NCBI GenBank assembly: GCA_964014485.1
Contig: CAXHAT010000123.1
Location: 1 to 24,232, forward strand
Reading direction: 5' to 3'
DNA: 24,232 nt
DNA from: an uncultured Deferribacteres bacterium
Lineage (GTDB): Bacteria; Zhuqueibacterota; Zhuqueibacteria; Zhuqueibacterales; Geothermadaptataceae
Shown: positions 17,265 through 24,232 of the stretch, piece after piece
Layout: each line of letters opens with the position of its first letter
Position numbering within the stretch: the stretch's first letter is position 1
Made by a program: the position numbers and the translations under genes
The notes under the pieces: generated by a model
The model's input: the letters and a program-made list of their open reading frames with translations, nothing else
Databases searched by the model: none
What the model was told of the DNA's origin: nothing

Positions 17265-18283
17265 TGAAGCTTGAGAATTTAACGCCTTTCGAAGCCGAAC
17301 GGTACGGCCTGAACGACGAAAACGGGAAAAATTTACTGTTGGTCGTGATGAAGGCAACGTATTCAATTACCCCAGACAATAAACTTGAACTTGCCGAGAA
17401 GCAAGAGCCGATTGAAATGGCCGATCAGTACTATGGGGAACCGGGTTATTCCAGCATCAAGTACGCTTCTGATTTTTCGTTTGATAAAACGGCGACCGAC
17501 GTCGCATTGCTTGGCCATGCTTATGCACCCAAGCGCGGCGCAAAGGAATCTGAGGTCAGTTTGCAAATCGGGCCGGTGCAAAAAAAGGTAAAAGTCTTTG
17601 GCGACCGCCGCTGGAAAAAACATGTCGGCGTTTCGATGATTTCTTCTTCGGAACCGTTTGAGAAAATTCCCCTGGTTTATGAACGTGCATTTGGCGGCGT
17701 TGACGAAAGCCATGCGGAATCAAAAAATCACGAAGCCGAACCGCGTAATCCGATCGGCGTCGGGTTTAGAGCGAAGAAGAGCAAGCTCAAAACGGACGGC
17801 GCGGCGCTGCCGAATTTTGAAGATCCGGACAATCCAATAAAAAAGCCGAGCAGTCGTCCCGGCCCGGCAGGATTCGGATTTATCAGCCCGGCGTGGCAGC
17901 CGCGCTTGGGATTTGCCGGAACGTATGATGAAGCGTGGCAAAAAAGCAGATCGCCGTTGCTGCCGGATGATTTCGACAAGAATTTTTTCAATTCGGCGCA
18001 TCCAGATCTGGTTTGCCCAGGATTTTTGAAGGGCGACGAACCTGTAATGGCAAGCGGCGTTTCGCCGCTTGGACCGCTCCGGTTTTCGCTTCCGGGCGTA
18101 CAGCCGCTTTGCTCTGTCGAACTCGTCGAAAATGACGAAGAGCAGCAAATAGAAATGAATCTGGCAAAAGCCGTTCTCGATGCTGACGACCGGCGCTTGA
18201 TTCTGGTGTGGAGCGGTAATATGAGAATTGAAGGCGAATGTCAGGACGTTGAAAACGTAAAATGTGAGCTTGAACAGGAGTAA
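17264..18283 (+). CDS. DUF2169-family T6SS chaperone/adaptor (copy 2)
   Basis: ENLTPF, DVALLGHAYAP, VFGDRRW, PLVYERAFGG, NPIGVGF, PAGFG...WQPR..FAGTYDEAW, LPDDFD..FFNSAHPDL. TGATG coupling with the upstream gene. Confidence 0.92.
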   Translation: MKLENLTPFEAERYGLNDENGKNLLLVVMKATYSITPDNKLELAEKQEPIEMADQYYGEPGYSSIKYASDFSFDKTATDVALLGHAYAPKRGAKESEVSLQIGPVQKKVKVFGDRRWKKHVGVSMISSSEPFEKIPLVYERAFGGVDESHAESKNHEAEPRNPIGVGFRAKKSKLKTDGAALPNFEDPDNPIKKPSSRPGPAGFGFISPAWQPRLGFAGTYDEAWQKSRSPLLPDDFDKNFFNSAHPDLVCPGFLKGDEPVMASGVSPLGPLRFSLPGVQPLCSVELVENDEEQQIEMNLAKAVLDADDRRLILVWSGNMRIEGECQDVENVKCELEQE

Positions 18284-18286
18284 AAA

Positions 18287-18751
18287 ATGGGCGTTACTGT
18301 TGGCGTAAACAACCTCTCCGTCGTACATAAAAGCAGCGGCGGCATTACCATAGCTTTCCCGGACGTGTGCAAAACCCCCGCTCCTCCGGCGCCTTTCGTG
18401 CCGATTCCTTACCCGAACATTGCCAAATCCGGCGATACGGCCAAAGGCAGCAAAAAAGTAAAATGCGACGGCAACCCGATTTGCCTAAAGGATTCCAATT
18501 TTAGCATGAGCGTAGGCGACGAAGGCGGCACTGCCGGCGGCGGCATGATCTCGAGCAAAATCAAAGGCAAGGCGGAATTCATCAATTTCTCTTTTGACGT
18601 CAAAGTCGAAGGAAAAAACGTCTGCCGCGCTTTCGACATGATGCTGCATAACGACAAAAACACCCCGCCAGTCCCGGTTTTGCAACCGCCGATTATTGTG
18701 GTAATTCCTGAAGAAAAGCCGGTTTGTTTAATTTGTGAAGAAGATTTTTAA
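18287..18751 (+). CDS. Stand-alone PAAR-like DUF4150 (PIPY-type) spike-tip protein
   Basis: VVHKSSGG...FPDVCKTPAPP..VPIPYPN...GDEGGTAGGG..S...FSFDVKVEGKNVCR..D.M.HN..N. Short Pro-rich tail ending CLICEEDF. RBS AGGAG. Confidence 0.92.
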   Translation: MGVTVGVNNLSVVHKSSGGITIAFPDVCKTPAPPAPFVPIPYPNIAKSGDTAKGSKKVKCDGNPICLKDSNFSMSVGDEGGTAGGGMISSKIKGKAEFINFSFDVKVEGKNVCRAFDMMLHNDKNTPPVPVLQPPIIVVIPEEKPVCLICEEDF

Positions 18752-18786
18752 TTTAATGGAAAATTTTTGGTTAGAAGCGCCTCGAC

Positions 18787-19962
18787 ATGGAAAATAGCAT
18801 GTTAAACAAAGATTCAATCGTTGTAAGTGGCATTGGCATGGTGTCTTCTTTAGGACACGACAGTGCAATGTCATGCTCTGCATATAGGGCGGGTCTGTCA
18901 AGGGCGAGCGAGTTAGATGAGTTTATGGTGCTGAACGAAAACAATAACGAATTTAACAATGTTATTGCTCAACAAATCCCTGTTATTACGAGTGGCTTTG
19001 AAGAAGCAGGTCTACTATCTAGGATTGGTATAGCGGCATTACAGGATCTGTTTAAGCAAAACGATTTTCAGAGATTTAACGACGGTAAGACAGGATTTTT
19101 TATCGCGCTGCCAAACCCTAAACGCTTCAACAATAATATTCCAAATGATGACAGCGAACGAACGATTCATAATGAGCAGAATACATCCTTTAGTCGCCCT
19201 AACACTCATGACGGCGCTTTTCTATCTCAGCGACTTTTGGAGAGTCTTGTAGAGTCAGCAGAATGTCACATTTTAAACCACAATATTCGAGAGTTTTACT
19301 GTGGCCATTCAGGCGTTATTTTCGCTATCGAAAATGCTGTTAGGGAAATTTCAGCAGGAAAAATCGAAAGGTGTATCGTTGGCGGTTTGGATAGCTTGCT
19401 TGAATCCGCTACACTAGAATGGTTGTTTAGAAATCAACGCCTTAAGGTAGATGAGAAAGCTTCAGGATTACAACCGGGTGAAGCAGGCGGTTTTATTTTA
19501 ATCGAGAAATATTCTGATATTCAATCAACAAAAAGCTGCGTCTTAGCAGTAATAGACGCAACTGCTACGGCGTACGAACCTGACCATCTTTTCACCGGTA
19601 AACTATCTCAAGGCGGCAGCTTATCAAAGGCAATTCAGCATGTGCTTTTAAAAGATTCCTCCGCCCCGTCTACACATCATTGGGTAATTTCAGATCAAAA
19701 TGGAGAGTATGCTAAGGCAAATGAGTGGAGTTACGCATTAACGAAATTAATGGCATCTTTCTCGGATTTGAGTGATGCACTCATAGAATATCCTGCAGTT
19801 TCCTTTGGTGATACAGGAGCTGCAAGTGGTGCGCTCGCAATTTGTCTAGCAATAAGAGCATTTGTAAGAAAATACGCGCCATCAAATAAGGCAATCATAA
19901 TTTCGGCCTCTGATAAAGGAGAGCGCGCAGCGTTGCGCTTGATGAATCATTACTATAACTAA
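18787..19962 (+). CDS. Thiolase/ketoacyl-synthase-fold T6SS adaptor (PRK06147 / PA0098-like)
   Basis: IVVSGIGMVSSLG...CSAYRAG, GHSG, CIVGGLDSL, PGEAGGF, SDQNGE...EW, PAVSFGDTGAASG. Lacks a canonical KAS xACxS context. The start codon is uncertain (18787 or 18799). Confidence 0.82.
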   Translation: MENSMLNKDSIVVSGIGMVSSLGHDSAMSCSAYRAGLSRASELDEFMVLNENNNEFNNVIAQQIPVITSGFEEAGLLSRIGIAALQDLFKQNDFQRFNDGKTGFFIALPNPKRFNNNIPNDDSERTIHNEQNTSFSRPNTHDGAFLSQRLLESLVESAECHILNHNIREFYCGHSGVIFAIENAVREISAGKIERCIVGGLDSLLESATLEWLFRNQRLKVDEKASGLQPGEAGGFILIEKYSDIQSTKSCVLAVIDATATAYEPDHLFTGKLSQGGSLSKAIQHVLLKDSSAPSTHHWVISDQNGEYAKANEWSYALTKLMASFSDLSDALIEYPAVSFGDTGAASGALAICLAIRAFVRKYAPSNKAIIISASDKGERAALRLMNHYYN

Positions 19963-19979
19963 ATGGGAGTAATAGTTGA

Positions 19980-20621
19980 ATGGCAGTTGACGGTGCAGTC
20001 ACACATTATCAAAAGACGAATACCAGAGAGAGCGTTCTTCATAGAAAAAGCGGTTTCCCAAATAATCTTTCTGGGTATGTAGACGGAAGCACGCCTTGGA
20101 AAAATCAGGTTCATCATGTCTTGGTCTGCTGTTTATTTCGTCAAGCAAAGATTGAGGAGGCGCTTGGCAATGATACGAATCGAGCAGAATATGTGAATGA
20201 TTGTTTATGGGTCACAAAATGGGATATAAATCGCAAAGACAATTTACTTTTAATGCCGCTCTGGTCCACCTACCTGAATAAATATAAGAACTCGACATCG
20301 GTTCCTGCTGGAGGGCCTCAGAATCTTCCAGCGCACACTAGAGACCATCCTAAGTATACAAAGGAAGTTAAAATGTGGCTAACAGATAATGTCTGGAATG
20401 CATTAAATGTTCAAAAAGAGCCGCACAAAGTTGATTTGGATACAATACTCACGCAGTTGGAGAATGGTGAGAAAAAATGGGTTGCTGCCTTGATAAAAAG
20501 GGGCTCTAATCGGCAAGGGGGTACTTGGCAGGCTTGGGTTAATAGAAAACAGAATTCGCTCTGGTACCAACCTTTTTCTATGACCAAAACAGCGTGGTGC
20601 AAACCACGATTAGCACCATAA
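19980..20621 (+). CDS. AHH-like (HNH/EndoVII fold) nuclease toxin, stand-alone cargo effector
   Basis: QVHHVL ... WDINRKDNLLLMP ... LPAHTRDHPKY follows the Tox-AHH motif order (xHH, DINxxxN..LP, HxxxHxxY). It is followed by an Imm11-like gene. Confidence 0.78.
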   Translation: MAVDGAVTHYQKTNTRESVLHRKSGFPNNLSGYVDGSTPWKNQVHHVLVCCLFRQAKIEEALGNDTNRAEYVNDCLWVTKWDINRKDNLLLMPLWSTYLNKYKNSTSVPAGGPQNLPAHTRDHPKYTKEVKMWLTDNVWNALNVQKEPHKVDLDTILTQLENGEKKWVAALIKRGSNRQGGTWQAWVNRKQNSLWYQPFSMTKTAWCKPRLAP

Positions 20622-20664
20622 GAGTGAACATTTCAAAACTCACCACTAAATAATATAGGAAAAG

Positions 20665-21246
20665 ATGATGAATTATCTGATATGGGAACATACAGTTGAT
20701 GACAGGTTGTGTAGCTTGAACCCGCTTGAAAATGTTGAGAACGCATTTGAACTTAGTTATGGTGTGTCCAGAATAGACGGATTTCCTCCTGATGCTTCTT
20801 TCAGAATGAATCCAGAGTATAAGAAGGCGATAAAACTTTCTGATGCCTTAGATAATATCGTATTTTTAATTGTGGCTTCGAAGCGGCTCAAAGAGTTTTT
20901 TGAAATGGAAAAGTTAATAAATATTGAATATCTGTCAGTAACCATTTTTAACCATAAGAACCGAATTGCAAGCGATGAATACTATATTGTACATCAGGTA
21001 GGTACTCAAGATTGTATCGACCAAGAAAAATCTGATTTTGATTGGAACATAATTAATCCAGATCAGATTTCTTCAGTAGATCATTTAGTTTTAGATGAAT
21101 CAAAGGTTGATCCCAATGCAAAACTCTTTAGAGCAAAGCATCTCCCAAGCACAATTTTTATCCGCAAGGATCTTGCAGAAAAGATAGAAGCAACTGGTTT
21201 TACAGGAATACGATTTGAGGACATTGACAGTTTTGAAAAGGTGTGA
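20665..21246 (+). CDS. Imm11 / DUF1629-like immunity protein
   Basis: IVASKRLKEFF..IEYLSVTI...YYIV.....DCIDQEKS...LVLDESKV....LFR......IFI..DLAEKI...GFTG..F. Directly after the AHH-like toxin. Confidence 0.8.
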   Translation: MMNYLIWEHTVDDRLCSLNPLENVENAFELSYGVSRIDGFPPDASFRMNPEYKKAIKLSDALDNIVFLIVASKRLKEFFEMEKLINIEYLSVTIFNHKNRIASDEYYIVHQVGTQDCIDQEKSDFDWNIINPDQISSVDHLVLDESKVDPNAKLFRAKHLPSTIFIRKDLAEKIEATGFTGIRFEDIDSFEKV

Positions 21247-22061
21247 AAACGCTTTTTAAAGGGAATTACTTCATGGAATTAAGAACCATTAAAGAAGAGT
21301 TGGGAGCATCAATCGAATTTGATTTAGAAGATATTGGCTATAACAATAAAATACAAGAAATTGGCAGCTTGTGCGAAGATATAAGCGAAAACTACAGATC
21401 GCTTGCAATATGTCGGCTCCTGCTAGAAGCTGACACAGATGGATTCTATCATGATCTTTTGAGAAGCGCTCAACTTCGACTTTACTATTTGACTCGTTGT
21501 CATCATGAAAAATATCTCAAAAATCCTCGCATTATTGCCAGCGAAAGCGACTCCTTTTTTGATGCTCTTGCTGTAAAGGATTTCGATCTGGCGAAAAGGA
21601 TTGCCGAACTCTCATCAAACTCTTGGTGGCCAGATGATGAATATGAGGAGGACTTCTATTATTCACACCTTGTTCATAAATTTATCATGTCGTATCCCGA
21701 TTGGCCAGACGACATTCGGGTAATTTTAGAAAATTTTGAAAATTCTCTACAGGGCGACAAAAGTGCAAGATTAGATCTGTGTAAAGGGTTGGTTTCGATT
21801 GATCAAGCAGCTTTTGATGAAGCTTTCTATGACTTGATTGATGAAAGAAAGTTACAAATTGAAAGAGAGAGAGAAATGGCTCTGGCAGATGAAATCTCAT
21901 TTCAAGTTGGACAACATGTTTTTATAGAAGGTTTGGCGCTACTGAGAATTGCTGAACGAATTGGATTAGTTGTTCAACAGGAGTATCTGTATTGCCCTTC
22001 GCTATGCAGCATTCCGATGAAAAAGTCTTTTCCCTTTGACGGATACCCAAGAAGAAATTGA
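21243..22061 (+). CDS. Imm49 / DUF1910-like immunity protein
   Basis: Helical acidic protein with FFDALA..DFDLA..IA, DQAAFDEAF..L and VFIEGLALLRIAERIGL.V..EY.YCP. Start is either GTG 21243 (GTGA overlap) or ATG 21273. Confidence 0.68.
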   Translation: MKTLFKGNYFMELRTIKEELGASIEFDLEDIGYNNKIQEIGSLCEDISENYRSLAICRLLLEADTDGFYHDLLRSAQLRLYYLTRCHHEKYLKNPRIIASESDSFFDALAVKDFDLAKRIAELSSNSWWPDDEYEEDFYYSHLVHKFIMSYPDWPDDIRVILENFENSLQGDKSARLDLCKGLVSIDQAAFDEAFYDLIDERKLQIEREREMALADEISFQVGQHVFIEGLALLRIAERIGLVVQQEYLYCPSLCSIPMKKSFPFDGYPRRN

Positions 22062-22317
22062 ATCTATTGAAATTGCCCGGTCCGTTGAACAAAGTTTCAA
22101 AGTCGAGAGCATCTTGCTCGTCTCCTGGCCCCCAAATGGCATAATGCAAATTGAGTGAATACCTCAGTCGAGTAAGCGATTTTGGAACACAGTCTTGCGT
22201 TTCCTTCTCGCGGCGTTTTGAGTTGTCAGACTTTATTCTATTGCCTGAATCGTTGTGCAAACATTGTAGTTGACGTTTTCATTTGACAAGTATGACCTAC
22301 TTACAATAGTATTCAAA

Positions 22318-23673
22318 ATGACCAGCGTATCTGCAAAACAATTTGCTATAGCCCTCTACCTCGAGCACCTCGAAGAGGCCTCTTTCCTCTACGAGCAGCA
22401 TCTCGGGCTTTCTGATGATCCCGAACTCACCTGGCTCGATGTTGAAGATTTTGAAGACCGGTTTGAGCCGCATATTGACGGGTTGGTGGTTGGGGAGGAA
22501 TTGGCGCTGGAGGTTTGCAAGCAGCGGGCGGTTGAAGGCGATTTCGGCGAATTGCATGCAGCGATGCGGGTGTTTTGTCGGCAAAAACGGCTGGATTTGA
22601 TTTTTGAAGTTTTGGAAGAGATTGACCCCGAAGACGAAGAAAGCATTAAAGCCGTCGGCGATGCCTTTAACGATGAACTGCCCGACGAATGGCGGGGTGA
22701 TTTTATCGGCCTTCTGGGGGAACACAATGAAAAACTAAACGCGATTCTCCCGCGCCTCATCGGCTATCGCCGAATTGACGCGGGGAAAAACTTGTTGCAT
22801 ATTTTGGAGCAAAACGGCGCAGCGCCAAATCCAGTCAGCATTTGGGCGCTGGGGCGTTTGGGCGATCAGCAAGCGAAGAATTTCCTTTTTCACAAATGTT
22901 TGCGGCAGGAAAATGAAGCCGTCGCCAGGGAAGCGGCGCTGGCGTTATTGCGAATGGGGGAAATGCAGGCATTGCAAGTCTGTCGACAAGCCGCCGAGAC
23001 GCAGGATTGGCCGATCATTTTTCTCGGTTTGGGGGAATCGCGCAAAGTCGCGTCCTTTTTACTGCAAATCGCCAATTCCGAGCGCGTAAACGCGGATTGT
23101 CTTTTTGCGCTGGGCTTGCTCGGCGAAGCTTCGGCGGTCGAGGCGCTCCTGGCACATCTTGAAAGCGCTGATCTTGCCGAAGCCGCTTCATGGGCGCTTA
23201 ATTTGATCACCGGCGCCGAGATTTACGAAGACGTTTTTATCCCGGAAGAAATCGATGAAGACGAGCTTTTTGAAGAAGAGTTGGAAAAGCTCAAGCGCGG
23301 CGAACCACTCTACCCGTCAGGCGAAGAACCGGGAACCGAACTGAATCGTCTGTCGCAAAATGCCGCTGATTGGCGGCATTGGTGGACGCAGAACCAAAAA
23401 AACTTTCAACCCGGCGTCTGTTACCGCAACGGCGAGCCTTACTCGCCCGCCTCATTACTGCAAAATCTTCTACACGAGCGTTCGCCACATCGCGTCCGCC
23501 AATTAGTCGCTGAAGAAATTGTGATTCGGTACGGCTTTGATTTTCACTTTGAGGCGGATATGTTTGTCCCGCAGCAAAAACGCGCGCTGGCAAAGCTTGC
23601 CCAAATCATCGAAGCGCGAGGCAAGGAATTCGAAGAGGGAAGGTGGTATTTCGCCGGACGTCTGGCGGTATAA
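22318..23673 (+). CDS. TIGR02270 / PA0101-like HEAT-repeat protein
   Basis: N-terminal EHLEEASFLY...DRFEPHIDGL. HEAT-like units WALGRLGD, AALALLRMGE, ALGLLGE, AASWALNLITG. The ATG at 22318 is preferred over the TTG at 22270. It closes the vgrG1b-like cassette. Confidence 0.8.
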   Translation: MTSVSAKQFAIALYLEHLEEASFLYEQHLGLSDDPELTWLDVEDFEDRFEPHIDGLVVGEELALEVCKQRAVEGDFGELHAAMRVFCRQKRLDLIFEVLEEIDPEDEESIKAVGDAFNDELPDEWRGDFIGLLGEHNEKLNAILPRLIGYRRIDAGKNLLHILEQNGAAPNPVSIWALGRLGDQQAKNFLFHKCLRQENEAVAREAALALLRMGEMQALQVCRQAAETQDWPIIFLGLGESRKVASFLLQIANSERVNADCLFALGLLGEASAVEALLAHLESADLAEAASWALNLITGAEIYEDVFIPEEIDEDELFEEELEKLKRGEPLYPSGEEPGTELNRLSQNAADWRHWWTQNQKNFQPGVCYRNGEPYSPASLLQNLLHERSPHRVRQLVAEEIVIRYGFDFHFEADMFVPQQKRALAKLAQIIEARGKEFEEGRWYFAGRLAV

Positions 23674-23827
23674 CCATTTTTTACAATTGCCGGGCGGAGA
23701 GACTTGACTTGAGGGAACGGTTTTTCTAATTTCGCACGTTACAAAAATATAAAATCTTTTTGATCTCGCAGCGCCGGGGATTCCCGCATCTCCCACGTTT
23801 TTCTTCTCGCAGGGGCGCTTCCCCAAA

Positions 23828-23856
23828 TTGATTCTCACCAGATTTTATCATAGACT
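23828..23856 (+). promoter_or_regulatory. Candidate sigma70 promoter of the last ORF
   Basis: TTGATT, 17 nt spacer, TAGACT, with RBS GAGGAG at 23881-23886. A second candidate TTGACT-17-TAATTT lies at 23704-23732. Confidence 0.4.
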
Positions 23857-23892
23857 AAAAACTTTGATTTCCTACGACCTGAGGAGCATTAA

Positions 23893-24186
23893 ATGTTGAA
23901 TCGGCGATTGGTTTTGCGCCGTTTTTTTGTGCTCATTTTTTTTGCCCTGACTTCGCATTTGTCGGCTCAGCAGCGTGAGAGTGTTGCGGTTCTGGAATTA
24001 GATCCGACCGGGCTTTCCGCGGACGATTCGCGCACGATCACCGAAAGCTTGCGCGACTATCTGCGTGCAACGCCTTCTTTCAATGTCATGGGCGGCGCAC
24101 TAACGGCCCAGATGATTCGCGACCGAGCCCCTGACAAATCCCCGCCTTTTGTAGACAACAATGAAATCATCGAAATCGGTCGACTC
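23893..24186 (+). CDS. Secreted protein with CsgG/TolB-N-like domain (3'-truncated by adapter)
   Basis: Signal peptide MLNRRLVLRRFFVLIFFALTSHLSA|QQ, then VAVLELD..GLS...ITESLR..L.....VM...EIGRL. The terminal LSLIHI is adapter-derived. Confidence 0.55.
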
Positions 24187-24232
24187 CTGTCTCTTATACA
24201 CATCTGACGCTGCCGACGAGCTTCTTGGTGTA
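24187..24232 (+). other. Illumina Nextera adapter read-through (artifact)
   Basis: CTGTCTCTTATACACATCT (Tn5 mosaic end), GACGCTGCCGACGA, an 8-nt index GCTTCTTG, and GTGTA (start of the P5 reverse complement). Confidence 0.98.

Noticed and set aside
18756..18795. 9-nt direct repeat ATGGAAAAT at the left edge of the low-GC block as a target-site duplication
   Set aside because: The copies are 31 nt apart on the same side, none is seen at the right edge, and such a repeat is likely by chance in AT-rich DNA.
18787..19962. Fatty-acid/polyketide synthase gene (fabB/fabF)
   Set aside because: No ACP or other biosynthetic genes are nearby, the catalytic context is non-canonical, and the motifs and synteny match the T6SS-associated PRK06147-like family.
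24187..24205. Tn5/IS50 transposon end
   Set aside because: It is followed by Illumina primer, index and P5 sequence, so it is library adapter.

Overview
Type VI secretion system (T6SS) locus, encoded on the + strand except for one toxin-antitoxin pair. The structural block runs: 3' part of tssC, hcp with an intrinsic terminator, tssE-tssF-tssG, a convergent vapBC-like toxin-antitoxin pair, then clpV/tssH. Two vgrG-led effector cassettes follow. Cassette 1 is vgrG, a DUF2169 chaperone, a 685-aa effector (DUF4150 PAAR-like domain, pre-toxin hairpin, intein-like HINT domain, GIY-YIG-like nuclease tip) and an 82-aa putative immunity protein of a family I do not recognise. Cassette 2 resembles the P. 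aeruginosa vgrG1b cluster. It contains vgrG, a 169-aa 'mini-spike' whose C-terminus aligns without gaps to both VgrG tips, DUF2169, a stand-alone DUF4150 PAAR with a CxxC tail, a low-GC block (PRK06147-like thiolase-fold adaptor, AHH-like nuclease, Imm11-like and Imm49-like immunity genes) and a TIGR02270-like HEAT-repeat protein. The window ends in a secreted CsgG-like gene that is artificially truncated by untrimmed Illumina Nextera adapter (24187-24232). All family calls come from motif recognition by eye; no database searches were run.
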